From the NCBI RefSeq assembly GCF_036971445.1, contig NC_091470.1, positions 180,172,001-180,236,000 on the forward strand: a DNA stretch of 64,000 nucleotides, in the 5' to 3' direction. This document shows, one piece after another, positions 13,080 through 26,210 of the stretch. Numbering within the stretch: the stretch's first letter is position 1; each line of letters starts with the position of its first letter. The translations under genes were made by a program, and so were the position numbers. The notes under the pieces were generated by a model. The model saw nothing but the letters and a program-made list of their open reading frames with translations, was not told the origin of the DNA and ran no database searches. Origin of the DNA: Narcine bancroftii. Its lineage: Eukaryota.

Positions 13080-13460
13080 CCTGGCCAGCTGCGTCACAGT
13101 GGGGTAGAGAAACCAGATTAGCTGTCAATCCACAGGGTCCATTAAAGCGGCAGGGAGGATCTCTGGAGTCTCCCTCCCACCCCCATTGGCGTGATCCACC
13201 GGGGTCGTCGGAAGAGGGCGCGCAGAACCAATGAGGACCCCTTTAAACCCTGCACACAGCATCTTCCAGCTGCTCCCATTGGGGGAAGAGATGCAGGAAG
13301 ATCAGAGCCAGAACCACCAGGCTGAGGAACAGCTTCTTCCCACAGGCAGTGAGAATGCTGAACAACCAAAGGAACCGCTCATACTGACCATCGGAGACTA
13401 ATATTCGTGAAATTATATTTATTTATTTATGTAGATGAAACACTTGTTTGTACGTGTGTT
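13080..13460 (+). mobile_element. Rex1/Babar-like LINE 3' fragment
   Basis: DP..P.HSIFQLLP...RTTRLRNSFFPQAVR motif. Other copies at ~26930-27610, ~32990-33500, ~38280-38730, ~39710-40470, ~53760-54360. Confidence 0.65.
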
Positions 13461-13662
13461 GAACAAATGCAATGTCTTAGCATCAGTATGTGATTAAACA
13501 CACTTAATATAATGTTCCTCCAACTCCCTACGTGATACAGAAAATCTGAAATTGCCTCTGTTCGACTTGAAGTCGTCTGTCACAATCCCCCATAATTTTT
13601 CAGGAATCATATCTTTTTGGGGGGGGGGAACATTTTGTACAGTGTCATAGAAGCAACCGGGT

Positions 13663-13718
13663 TTACACGGCTTGGAATGGTTTTGAGAAAAGTCTGCGAT
13701 AGAGGCGATGTTTCCAAT
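13663..13718 (-). CDS. Candidate terminal coding exon of the lectin gene
   Basis: Pyrimidine-rich acceptor (ccctcctcgtcccgcAG); phase-1 reading DWKHRLYRRLFSKPFQAV*. No homology support. Confidence 0.3.
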
Positions 13719-14804
13719 CTGCGGGACGAGGAGGGTCAAGGGTACAGGGAGGTGGTTCCTTCTCCTTGGGTGAAATCTTGGTCTAATTTGAAACAAAGGC
13801 CCAGTTACCCTGAAAGGGAAGGATGAAATACAGATCAGACAAATCCCCATAGAGTATATTCTGGCACTGCAGAGGCCCTTCGGCCCACAAATTTGTTTCG
13901 ACCTATGTAAACCTACTCAACGTTCTAACCTGTCCCCCCCCTCCCTCACACCCATAACCCTCTATTTTTTATGACAACTGTCTCGGAGTCTTTTGAATGT
14001 CCCTGTTGACCCAGCCTCCACCACCCCTGTGGAGGCCAGGTCGTTGTGTGCATTTAAGGGATTGATGGGTATCTGAATAGTCGGGTCTCAAAGGCTATTG
14101 GGAGCGGGGCAGGGTTGGAGGATGGATCAGCTCACAATGGAATGGTGGGGCGGACTCGTTGGGCCAAATGGCCAACTTCTGCTCCCATATCTTGGGGGGG
14201 GAGGGTTGACTGGTGAGCCGCATGCGGTTCTTTGATTTTAAGAGCTCCTGACTGGAATCTTGCCCAGGATCCAGCCTCCCACTGACCAGAGCTCCGGATG
14301 CCCTGACCGCAGGCTCTCACCCGTGTCCTGGCCGCCCGCCATTTGAGCTCCAACACTACAATGATGCAGGTACTTATTGCGGTCAAAAGTAGTGTGTTAA
14401 TAGTTGACCCCTTAAATTTTAGTCTAAAAATTGGTCCACAAAATTCGACTATTACACGCATATATACAGTGTGTGTACTTTTGATTATTGAAATTAATAC
14501 AAATCAGCAGTTTAAACATGAATAAATATTATTATGTACACGTATTTCTGTATAAGAATGTGTGTAATATTTGGTTGTATTTTGTAGCTTTCAAATGCCT
14601 GAAGTTCATCATGTGTGGCTCTTATGTTGAACAAGTTTGGCCGCACCCAGCTTGTGGTCGACACATGAGAGCCACCATGTTGACCTAGGATCTGCCCCAA
14701 TGGTTCTTCTCCCTCACTGGGACTAACCCATCCCTGAATCCATCTCCCCAACTCCGGCCCAGCGGAGGGGTGCAAAGGGGGGATGGGGTAACGCACACCC
14801 TTGC

Positions 14805-15164
14805 CTGCGTAACAGACGAAAGGGAACTTGAAGTCGCACGGCGTGTCCTTCCATTGGCCGCTGACCACGATGACACAGACCGACATGGCGGTGAAGTCCA
14901 TGGGGTAAAACTGGTCCCAGTAGGAGAAGCTGAACTCATTCCCATTGGACCATGCCCAGCTGCGCTCCGACTGATGCCTGTTGAACAGGCCGATCCACGC
15001 GGGCGAGTCGCTCTGTAACACCTTCGCCACTTGGGCATTCTCTTCCAGCGAAGCAATGCTAGCCAGATCCGTGTGCTCTGCGCGGCAATAGTTTTGGGCG
15101 TCGTTCCATGTCTTCTCGCTCTTAACAAAGATGTAATCCTTTGAGTTGGTCTCGGGGATGGACT
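14805..15164 (-). CDS. Lectin gene CTLD exon E (intact, 360 nt, phase 1/1)
   Basis: KTWNDAQNYCR..HTDLASI..WIGL..WAWSNG..W..C..WKDTPC..FPFVCY; acceptor cttcccacAG; donor is GC type (CAG|GCAAG). Confidence 0.88.
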
Positions 15165-15289
15165 CTGTGGGAAGGCGGGGAGGGGGGAAATCTGAAACAA
15201 GACACCCAACGAAATGCCACAATGAGTTTATTGTCATACACGGGGTGCAATGTACTTATGCAGCGGAATTACATTACAGCATAACAAAC

Positions 15290-17350
15290 AGGCCCTTGAA
15301 GTTTGTACCAAGCTATTATTCTGCCCTGTCCCACTGATCTCCAACCCAGTCCATAGCCCTCCAGACCTCTCCCATCCCGCCCAAATTCTTAAAATTAAAA
15401 TTGAGCCCGCATTCACCATTTCAGCCGACAGCTTGTTCCACTCTCCCCCCACTCTCTATGTGAAAAAGTTCCCCTTAAACCTTTCACCCTTAACCCATGC
15501 CCACTGGTTTGTATCTCACCTACCCTCAGTGGAAAAAAGCCTCCTTGTATTTACTCTGTCTATACCCCTTATAATTTTGTAAACCTCTATCAAATCTACC
15601 CTCGTTCTTCTATGATCCAGGGAACAAGTCCTTAACCTGTCTAACCTTTCCCTGTAACTCAGTTCCTCAAGTCCTGGAAACGTCCCAGTAAATCCTCTCT
15701 GCACTCTTTCTATCTTATTGATACCTCTCCTGTAGCTTGGTGACCAAAACTCCAAATTTGGCCTCACCAATGTCTTAAACAACTTTGTCATAAAATCCCA
15801 TCTGAAACTCAAGACTTTGATTTATGAAGGCCAATGTTTCAAAAGCTCTCTATACCACCCTATCCAGTCCACCTGTGATGCAACAGATCCCTCTGATCTA
15901 CCGCATTCCTCAGTGCCCGATCATTCATCTGTGCGTCCTGTCTTGGTTTGTCCTTCCAAAATGCAACACCTCACACTTTTCTGCATTAAATTCCATCTGA
16001 TGTTTTTCAGCCCATTTTTCCAACTGCAAGCTTTGAAAACCTTCCTCACTGTCCACAATGCCTCCAATCTCAGTGTCATCTGAACACTTGCTGATCCAGT
16101 TTACCACATTATCGTCCAGATCATTGATATCGAGGACAAACAACTATGGTCCCAGCACCGATCCCTGAGGCACAGGCCTCCAGTCTGAGAATCAACCATC
16201 CACCACTACTCTCTGGCTTCTCCCGTCCAGCTATGGTCAAATCCAGTTCACTACCTCACCATGAATACCAAGTGTGTGAACCTTCCTGACTCGCCTCCCA
16301 TGTGGGACCTTGTCAAAGATGTTACTAAAGTCTATGTAGACAACATCCTTCAACTTTCCTGGTAACCTTGAAAAGCTCTAGAAGACGACCTACACAGACA
16401 AAGCTACGTTGACTATCCCAAATCAGACTCTGGCTATCCAAATATTTGTATATCCGATCTCTTGGAATACCTTCCAATAATTTACCAACTATTGACGTCA
16501 GGCTCACCGGGTTACTTTAGGAATCTTTTTAAACAACAGAAAAACTTGAGCTATCCTCCAATCCCGTGGCTAAGGACATATTAAATATTTCTGCCAGAAC
16601 CCCTGCTATTTCTACCCTAACTTCCCTCAAAGCCGAGGGACTACCTTGTCAGGTCCTGGGGGGGTTAACCACCCGCATTTGCTTTAAGGCAGCCAGATCC
16701 TCGGGTTCCATGACCTCACTGCTTGTTTTCCTGACTTCCCATGACTCTGTGCCAGTTTCCTGAGTAAATACTGATGCAAAACAGACATTCAAGATCTCCC
16801 TCATCTCTTCTGACTCCATACAAAGCCAACCACTCTGATCTTCAAGGGACCAATGTTCCTCTTAATACACCTAAAGATTTTCCTTCACATTGTCTGCCAA
16901 AGCAACCTTGTGTCTTCTTTTAACCTTCCTGATTTCCTTCTTAACTATTTTTTACAGCATTCTCTATGCTCCTCAAGTACTTCATTTGCTCCTTGTTGCC
17001 TATACCTGTTATACACCTCTCCCTTCTTCTTAACCAGAACCTCATATCTCTCGAAAACCAAGGTTCCCTATGCCTGGTAACCTTTAATCCTGACCGGAAG
17101 AAACAAACTCTACTCTTATTTTGAAGGCCTTCCACTCACTGAACGCGTCCTTGCCAGAAAATGACTTGTCCCCAATCCACACATTTTAGATCCTCTCTCG
17201 TTTCCTCAGAATTGGCCTTTCTCCAGTTCAGAACCCCAACCCGAGCCCAGACCTATCTTCTCCATAATTAACATCAAACTAATGGTATTCTGATCACTGG
17301 ACCCAAAATCTTTCCCTCCCTACATCTACTTCTGTCGCCTGCCATAGCTC
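15290..17350 (-). mobile_element. Old degenerate CR1 LINE
   Basis: Broken ORF2 pieces SLTSIVGKLLE, INDLDDNVVNWISKCSDDT, LVRPNLE. Confidence 0.85.
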
Positions 17351-17416
17351 AAACCTCAGGCTGAAACTTTGGTTTACGTATCATAGCGGTGATATTACAG
17401 CGGTGATATTACAGCG

Positions 17417-20077
17417 GTGCCTAGGAAGGATAGATTAGAGGGCACATCCACGGAGGCTATTTGGGTGGAACTGAGGAGTAGGAAAGGAGAGGTTACACTT
17501 GTAGGGGTGTATTATAGACCACCCGGAGGGGACCGAGACCTAGAGGAGCAAATCTGTAGGGAGATAGTAGATATTTGTGATAAGCACAGGGTTGTAATTA
17601 TGGGAGATTTTAATTTTCCACATATAGATTGGGAAACACATTCTGTGAAAGGAATGGATGGGTTAGAGTTTGTGAAATGTGTGCAAGATAGTTTTTTACA
17701 ACAATATGTAGAGGTGCCGACCAGAGAAGGAGCAGTGTTAGATCTACTGTTGGCAAATGGGATGGGTCAAGTGACGGAGGTTAGTGTTGGCGAGCACTTC
17801 GGGTCCAGTAATCATAATGCCATCAGCTTCAATGTCATTATGGAAAGAGAGAAATCAGGGCCAAGGATTGAGGTTTTTGATTAGGGAAAAGCTAGATTTG
17901 AGGAGATGCGAAAGGACTTGCAGGGTGTGCATTGGGACAATTTGTTTTATGGGCAGGATGTAGTAGAGAGATGGAAGTCTTTTAAAGATCAGATTTTGAG
18001 AGTGCAAAAGCTTTATGTTCCTGTTAGGTTAAAAGGAGGGGCAAAAGGTTTGAGAGAGCCGTGGTTTTCAAGGAATATTGGAAACTTGGTTCGAAGAAAA
18101 AGGGAGGCGTACATTAGATATAAGAAGCATGGAGTTAAGGAGATGTTTGAAAGATACATTGAATGTAAGAGGAATCTTAAGAGAGGAATTAGGAAAGCTA
18201 AAAGAAGGTACGAGAAAACTATGGCAAGCAGGGTGAAAACTAATCCAAAAGAGTTCTACAAATATGTTAATGGTAAGAGGAAAGCTAGAGACAAAATTGG
18301 TCCCTTAGAAAATCAGAGTGGAAAACTGTGTGTGGAACCTAGAGAAATGGGGGAGATATTGAACAGTTTCTTTTCTTCGGTATTCACTAAGGAGAAGGAT
18401 ATTGGGAGATGTGGGATAAAAAAAGCAAATTGGGTAAATATGGGGAATATAGAGATTACAAAAGGTGTAGTTTTAAGGCTTTTGAAGAATATAAAGGTGG
18501 ATAAGTCTCCGGGACCAGACGGGATCTTCCCCAGGACATTGAGAGAAGTGAAGGAGGAAATAGCAGAGGCTCTGGCGGTAATTTTTCAAATGTCATTAGA
18601 TATGGGGATAGTGCCGGAGGATTGGCGCATTGCGCATGTGGTTCCGTTATTTAAAAAGGGTTCAAGGAGGAAGCCTGGCAACTATCGGCCTGTAAGTTTG
18701 ACGTCTGTGGTAGGTAAATTAATGGAGAAAATTCTTAGAGATAGTACTTATAAACATCTGGATAGACAGGGTCTGATCAGGAGCACTCAACATGGATTTG
18801 TGGGAGGAAGGTCATGTTTGACCAATCTGATTGAATATTTTGAAGAGGTGACTAGGAATGTGGATGAGGGTAGCGCAGTGGATGTTGTCTATATGGACTT
18901 CTGTAAGGCCTTCGATAAGGTACCACATGGAAGGTTAGTTAGGAAGGTGCAGTCTTTAGGTATAAATTTTGAGATAGTCAAATGGATTGAACATTGGGTG
19001 AAAGGGAGAGGCCAGAGAGTGGTAGTGGATAATTGTCTGTCAGGTTGGAGGCCGGTAACCAGTGGTGTGCCTCAAGGATCTGTATTGGGCCCATTATTGT
19101 TCGTTATATACATTAATGATCTAGATGATGGGGTGGTGAATTGGATTAGTAAATATGCAGACGATACTAAGATAGGTGGAATAGTGGATGATGAAGAAGG
19201 TTTTCAAGGATTGCAGAGGGATTTGGCTGCTTAGAAAAGTGGGCTGAAAAATGGCAGATGGAATTTAATGCTGATAAGTGTGAGGTGCTTCATTTTGGTA
19301 AGAAGAATCAGAATAGGACATATGTGGTAAATGGGAGAGCATTGAGGAATACAGAAGAGCAGAAAGATTTAGGAGTGATGGTACATCGTTCCCTGAAGGT
19401 AGAAACTCACGTGAATAGGGTGGTGAAGAAGGCTTTTAGTATGCAGGCCTTAATCAATCATTGCATGGAATATAGGAGTTGGGAGGTGATGTTGAGATTG
19501 TATAAGACGTTGGTGCGGCCTAATTTGGAGTTCTGTGTGCAGTTCTGGTCGCCTAATTATAGGAAGGATATAAACAGAGTGGAGAGAGTGCAGAGAAGGT
19601 TTACCAGAATGTTGCCTGGGTTTAAGCATCTGGAGTATGGGGAGAGATTGGACAGATTGGGTCTTTATTCTTTGGAGCGTAGAAGGTTGAGAGGGGATTT
19701 GATAGAAGTATTTAAGATTATGAAAGGGATAGACAGAATGGATGTGGATAGACTATTTCCGTTAAGAGGAGGAAAGTTTAAAACAAGAGGACATGAGTTA
19801 AGAATTAAGGGGCAGAGGTTTAGAGGTAACATGAGGGGGAACTTCTTTACTCAGAGAGTGGTAGCTGTGTGGAATGATCTTCCGGGAGAAATAGTGGTGG
19901 CGGAGTCAATTGTATTATTTAAGAAAAGGTTGGACAGGTATATGGATGAGAAGAAGATGGAGGATTATGGGCATTGTGCAGGGAGGTGGGATTAGAAAGG
20001 GGTGTTTGGTTCGGTGCGGACTAGAAGGGCCTAATGGCCTGTTTCCGTGCTGTAATTGTTATGTTATGTTATGTTAT
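17417..20077 (+). mobile_element. Young 5'-truncated CR1 LINE, near-intact ORF2 (endonuclease C-half + RT)
   Basis: [36 protein letters not shown]. Only one stop (17882-17884) and one frameshift (~19225). (TTATG)n 3' tail at ~20056-20077. Confidence 0.95.
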
Positions 20078-20390
20078 CTTGGTGGCCTCCTGAGCTTCTC
20101 CAGACATTTTGTGCTCTGAGCCCCCGCAGTTTCTCCAAGAGATTCGCCACTCTCTGGGAGAAGTAGTTCCTCCTCATCTCTGCCTTAACTCTCCTCCCCC
20201 ACCAAATAGTGAGGCGATGTCCCTCATTTCTAATGTCCAAACTTGCCCAAAAAAGATGGCTGCCTGCAAATTCACCTCCCCGCCCTCCTTCTGAAATGCA
20301 CCACTGTCCTCCCCTGTGATCTATCTCGTAGCGAGCTAATCCAAATCAAGGGGCTGGCTCGAATGAGGGAGCCTGCGATAAAGTTCTTAC

Positions 20391-20504
20391 CTCCAGTGGG
20401 ATTCCTTGCTGTAAGCATGGATATCTGTGTTTCCTCATCAACCAACAAAAGCAAATCCAAATCTAATGATGCAAAGGTCTGCTGGTTGGAATCTTGAAGC
20501 AAGT
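20391..20504 (-). CDS. Lectin gene linker exon 4 (114 nt, phase 1/1)
   Basis: Acceptor tcttttattccatcAG, donor GAG|GTAAGA, open frame DLLQDSNQQTFASLDLDLLLLVDEETQISMLTARNPTG. Confidence 0.65.
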
Positions 20505-21615
20505 CTGATGGAATAAAAGAGATTTTCCAGTGAAAAACGACAGTCAGGATTTAGTTACCCACAAACCTCAGGAGGAAAGGCTGTGGATGTTGTCTACCTG
20601 GACTTTAGTAAGGCCTTTGACAAGGTCCCACATGGGAGGTTAGTCAGGAAAGATGCTCATGATGAGGAAGTGAACTAGATTCAACAGTGGCTGAACAGGA
20701 GAAGACAGAGACTACTAGGACCATTGCTGTTTGTCCTCGATATCAATGACCTGGATGATAATTTGGTAAATTGGATCAGCAAGTTTGCAGATTGGGAGAT
20801 CGCTTCGTTGAGCACCTCGTCTCTGTCTGCCAAAATAGCGTGGATCTCCCAGTGGCCGCCCAATTCAAATCCCGCCCCCTTGTCGAAATGTCTGTCTATG
20901 GTCTCGCCTTGACAGACTGAGACCACCTGCAAATTGGAGGAATAACACCTCATCTTCCAACTGGGCCTCCTTCAACCTGTCGACATTAATATTGACTTCT
21001 CTGGTTTTCATTAAACCTTCTTCCCCCCTTCCCCCTCACCTCTCCATTCGCTGCCTCCTTTCACACAGAGATGGTAAATTCTACCTCGACCCTGAGTCAC
21101 GTCCATCTTTTGTTGGTCTGGATTCTTCCCCCATTGTGTGAATTCTGATCTCTCCGACTTCTGCCTTTTTCTGATTTTTTTTCTTCTCCGTGAAGAACAC
21201 CCGAAACGTCACCAATATATCATTGACATTTTTTTACACTGCACTGTTTTCCAGGAAGTTTTTTTCCATTTTCCCGGAGAGCGTGCTGTGTAAACATGTC
21301 GGAACGATATTTTACCACCCAGACCACGCCTCCTTGAACAGCAGGATAATGAATAGCATATATTGATGACATGTATTGCAAGTCCAGCCTCTTCACTTAC
21401 CGTACTTTCGGGATGTGGTCTAAATGTGTGTAAAGAAACGGAGATTTCAAGTGTGAACGACCAATGCCGAGATGTCAGTTGTTCTTCAGACCAGTAAAAT
21501 CACCCAAATTCTATCTTAAAAAAACATATTTGTCTCCTGTAGGTCCTGATTGAAGCAGCTGAATTCCTTCAGATTTTCGGTGCCTTTAACCCCCACCCAA
21601 CTCTTCGCACGTTAC

Positions 21616-21967
21616 CTGTGTAGCAAATGAAGGGCAGTAGGAATTGGCAGGGAGCGTCGATCCAGCGGCTTTCCTCCACGTAAACGCAGTCAGCGAGAGG
21701 AGGCCGTAGTGGTGAGGTTGTCCGGCTTTCCAGCGTGTTTAGGAGGCAGAGCTGCCATCAGACCATCCCCAGCCGTCCACTGACTGCCACTCGTTGTACA
21801 GGCCGCACCAGGCCTGCCCAAGCTGATGGTACAGGGGGCTGGTTGCGTTGTTCTCCCGCTCACTCCAGAAGCTGAGCAGGTCGGTGTGGTGTGCCCAGCA
21901 GTAGTCGCGGGCCTCGGGCCACCTTCTCTCCTCATTGACTGTGTGGTACAGCCTCCTGAGTTCACCG
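21616..21967 (-). pseudogene. Lectin gene CTLD exon D (disabled)
   Basis: RRWPEARDYC..HTDLLS..WCGLY..WGWSDG, then TAA (21739-21741), a frameshift before DCVYVEESRWIDAPCQFLLPFICYT, acceptor shifted by 1 nt; donor CAG|GTAAC intact. Confidence 0.85.
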
Positions 21968-23654
21968 CTTTGGGATAGGCAAACACAGGACCTTTTGATT
22001 TTTTGGGTGTCCTTTATGCGCAGTGGACGGTCCTTGTCCTGCTCTGGCTGGGCCTCATTGGCCTGCATCTGAATTGATGCACTTGCGCCCATACGTCCTC
22101 CCTCCCTTTCGGCGTGGATCACGGAAAGTCACATAACCCCTACCATTCGGAATGTGGATTGTGGAGAGTCATGTGAACTCTCTGTCCTGAACCCGGTCGG
22201 AAGTCACCTCACTTGCCAATCACAGGTTAGATCTGCCCACCTGAGGCTGATGCATGATTGACCCTTGCAGTGGACGTGTTATCGGTCCTCTGGTTGTCAG
22301 GCGGTAGATCTGACCACAGGTGAGGCTGATGTGTGATTGATCACATGCATGCATTGAAGAGCCAGGCATGGAGCCTGCTTGTCCCCTTTTGCCATTGCCC
22401 TGAGAGTCCACATTGCCGGCCACAGACAGATACCGGGGGGCCAACTGGGATGCGACATCCCAGATCCAGACTCATGGTCGATGCTGGAGACCAGATTCAT
22501 TACACTTGCCAGTTGTAATTAATTTACTGTTTATTAGTGTGCTGTGACCATGAGAGACAGTGAGGGTTGGTGGGTATTGAGTGTTCATCCCTTGATACAC
22601 AATTGGGAGTCGAGAAGGTTTAGCAGAGATTTATTTGCACCTGATGTGTAATTATTTGAGTATTATTGGCCTGCGTGAGTGTGAGCCCCTGTTCATAAAT
22701 AAAATCCACTGTTTGTTGATGGTCTCGTGCATGGCCAGACTGAGACCACCCGCAAATTGAAGGAACAACATCTTATCTTCACTGGGCCCCCTGCAACCGG
22801 ATGGCATTAACATGGACTTCTCTGGCTTCTTTAAACCCCCCCCAACTCAATTCTTTCGCCCACCCCCCTCCCCCCAGTTCTGTCCCTCTCCCTTTCAGAC
22901 AGACATAATCAATTCTTTCCTCTCCCCTTATCATATCCAGTTAACCCTGTTTGTTGGTCAAGACTCCTCCCCCCCACTGGCCAGCACTGTGTCTATCCTG
23001 GAATTTTTTTGCTTTTTCCTTGAGGAAGGGCTCAGGCGCGAAACGTCGGCAATGTATCTTTGTCTCCTATGGATGCTGAAAAGACCAGCTGAATCCTTCC
23101 AGCATTTCAGTCGGTGTTTTTTCTGCAGTCACAGCATCTAATTCCACCCCAATCAACCCGTTCCAGATTCCCACTACTCTGTGCAATGTAACTCACCCCC
23201 ACCTTAAATATTCCCACACACCCACCCTGGAGGGCAGAATTCTGACCGCCTCTCCTAATCCCAGATGTGGAACAAGCCACCAGCGGAGGTGGCGGACGCG
23301 GGTTCGACTTGGACTGGTGCATGGATGGGAAGGCTGTGGTCCTGGAGCAGGTCAGCAGGACTCGGCACAGACTAGATGGGCCGAAGGGCTTGAGTGAAAA
23401 GGCAGCAGTGGAGGGGGGAAAGGGATCACAGTGTCTGTGTTTCACTCCAAACTCAGGCACCTTCCTGCTTTTTTTGCTTCTACCTTTGAGGAAGGGCTCA
23501 GGCCCGAACCGTCAGTAACGTATCTTTACCTCCTATGGATGCTGCGAGACCGACTGAGTTCCCCCAGCATCTCTCTGTGTTTTTATTACAATCACAGCAT
23601 CTGCGGATGTTTGTGTTTCACTACAGTTTCTTTCTCTTAGTTGCTTGTTCAACC

Positions 23655-23900
23655 TACTGTATATTCTGTACGCATGTAGCAGTCAAATTTTACAAACTAA
23701 CGTTTAGAGTAAAACTTGGGGGTTGACTATTGCCAGCATACTAATTTTGACCGCGGTAAGTACCTGCATCGTTCAGGTCGTCAAGAGCTCGGATGAGCGG
23801 GTAGCCAGGGGCCTAGGTGAGAGTCTGTGGTCAGGGCATTGGGAACTCAGGTGGGAGAGCGGCCAGGCTCAAAAATAGGGGGGGTCAAATTTTACATGGT
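23655..23900 (+). mobile_element. Tc1/mariner-like non-autonomous element fragment (second copy ~14340-14470, minus)
   Basis: Shared sequence ..CTGTAT..AGTC.AATTTT...GGGGT.GACTATT...TTTTGACCGC..TAAGTACCTGCATC in both places. Confidence 0.45.
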
Positions 23901-23929
23901 ATTAGCCATTACACATTCTTCATCCAGGA

Positions 23930-25142
23930 CAGGGGTGTCAAACTCAAATTCACGGGGGTCCAAAATTAAAAACTTGGACTAAGTCGACGGCTGAACTAAA
24001 TATTTATTGAAAATTTTCAACAACATCTGCATGTTTTCTCTTCTTTCAACATATGTAATGTTAAACTTTAGGATATAACTTTAGGAGGATAATGTTACAG
24101 GTCAGGAGTAGGTAGCTCAAGTTCACCCTTTGCTTGACCTGAGGGAAACATATTTGGTCCCTGCGGAGATGTAGTCAGCATTCACAGGCTGTGTCCATTT
24201 TGGCCTGCATCAGGACTCAGCATTTCCTGCTCACTCCTCAGGCTCTAGGCCTCTATTCACCCTTGACCCACCATCCCTCTACCTGACCAGTCCTTTACTC
24301 AACCTCTACTCACCCCTCAGTCCACTCACTCTGCCTCTACCCACCCCATCCTATACACGCCCCTCTACTGCCTCTCCCCTCAACCTGTTCCTCCCTCTAC
24401 CCATCTCTCATCCTCTAATCACCCCTCCCCTACTCACCCTGCCCCTCCCCTTTTACCTCTTCCCTATCCACCCCTCCTTCTACTCATCCCTCCCTCTAAC
24501 TGCCCCTCGCACCACCATAACTTCCCCTGCCCATTACTCCTCACCTACACCCTCTGCCCACCCCTGCTTACCCACCCATTCAGGCCCAGCGCGCTGCCGA
24601 TCAGCCTTTGCGGAACAGCGAGGGCCATGCGCAGCCTGCCATGTCCGTCGCGCCGACAGGAAATCACAGGCGCTCGCCAATCTGCCGCACCGCTCTACAG
24701 GTGGGAGAAGTGACTGGTTGTGCGGGGAGCCTTCCAACTGGCTTGCCGGCTGATGACATCGACAGACTTCTCGTGTTACAATTTTGTTTTCCCCGTTCTC
24801 AAAGTTTGCACGGTCAACCTGCAACACTCTTGCTCCCTCCGCGTCCCGTGGATCTGATGCCCGGGTGTTGTTAGGATTCACAGCAGAAGGTTTGTGGAAC
24901 TTTACCACTCTGGATTCCTTTTTGAGAATATTCTGGCCATCTTTTAAGGGGGGTGGTTTTAGGGGGGAGGGGATAGTTAGGGGGTGGGGAAGGATGTGCA
25001 ATGAAGGGGGAGGATGGTGGAGGTGACATTACCAAAAAACAGCATCGGCTCTCGCTGCAGGGCGGGCCACCTCTAATACATTTTTGAAATGATCTTGCGG
25101 GCCAAATATATATTGCCCGCGGGCCAGAGTTTGACATGTGTG
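23930..25142. mobile_element. hAT-family non-autonomous DNA transposon
   Basis: TIRs CAGGGGTGTCAAACTC / GAGTTTGACATGTGTG; perfect 8-bp TSD ATCCAGGA (23922-23929, 25143-25150). Confidence 0.88.
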
Positions 25143-25209
25143 ATCCAGGACCAAGTCTGAAGCTGACCCTGCACTCCTCTCTACATGGGAGCAGGAGGTA
25201 GGCCATTCA

Positions 25210-25406
25210 GCCCAAGCTGATGGTACAGGGGGCTGGTTTAGTTGTTCTCCCGCTCACTCCGGATGCTGAGCAGGTCGGTGTGGTGTGCCCGGCAGTAGTC
25301 GCGGGCCTCGGGCCACCTTCTCTCCTCATTGACTGTGTGGTACAGCCTCCTGAGTTCACTGCCTTGGCATAGGCAAACACAGGACCTTTTGATTTTTTGG
25401 GTGTCC
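25210..25406 (-). pseudogene. Truncated duplicate of CTLD exon D 5' half (D')
   Basis: 197-bp colinear near-identical copy of 21816-22012; in-frame TAA at 25238-25240; exon part starts at 25362. Confidence 0.9.
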
Positions 25407-25604
25407 AGCCCACCTTCCCTGACCAGAGCTCAAACTCCATTTGTTTGCCAAACCAGAGGACCTAGACCTGATAAAGGGTCCCGACCCAAAGCGTTGACTG
25501 ACCACACCTTCCCCCCCTGACCTGCTGAGTTCCCCAGCTTCTCATTGTTTACTCGAGATTGCTCAAGTTTGTACAAACCAGAAGGCTGAGTACAGCTGAG
25601 TCTT

Positions 25605-26210
25605 TTCAGAGTGACCTTGGGGTCCAAATCCATACATCTCTCAAAGTCGCCACGCAGGTTGATAGGATGGTTAAGAAGGCCTATGGGATGCTGGGCTTCA
25701 ATATTCAAGGGATTGAGTCTGGTCACCTCATTACAGGAAGGATGTGGAAGCTATGGAGAGGGGGCAGAGGAGATTCACCAGGATGTTTCCTGGATTGGAA
25801 AGGTTAGCAGAGCTGGGGCTTTTCTCTTTGGAGCATAGAAGGATGAGAGGAGGCTTAACAGAGGTCTACAAGATCTGAGAGGCATAGACAGGGTGGACGG
25901 CCAGCACCTGTTTCCCAGGGTGGGATCAGCAAACACCAGAGGATGTCTGTTCAAAGTGAAGGGGGGGAATTTTAAGGGGGACATCAGAGGTAATTTTTTT
26001 TATATATATACAGAGTAGTTGGTGATGGGAATGCCTCATCAGGGGTGGTGATTGGGGCCATTTAAGAGACTCTTAGACAGGCACATGGATGAAAGAAAAA
26101 TAGAGGGTTACGGGGATAGGTCTGAAGGGTTTGGTCCTTTTTTTTAAAAAAAAGGACTATATAATATGGCACAACACCAAGGGCCGAAGGGCCTGTACTG
26201 GGCCGTAGTG
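25605..26210 (+). mobile_element. CR1 3' fragment
   Basis: DLGVQIHTSLKVATQVDRMVKKAYGML and CR1 tail. Confidence 0.8.

Noticed and set aside
21230-21420. Possible micro-exon (19 nt, GTAAGT donor) and adjacent exon after CTLD-D
   Set aside because: Not frame-preserving and no recognisable product; cannot be supported without transcripts.
22150-22710. Possible LTR (GTGGATT...AATCCAC with AATAAA)
   Set aside because: No TSD or canonical CA end found; too weak to call.
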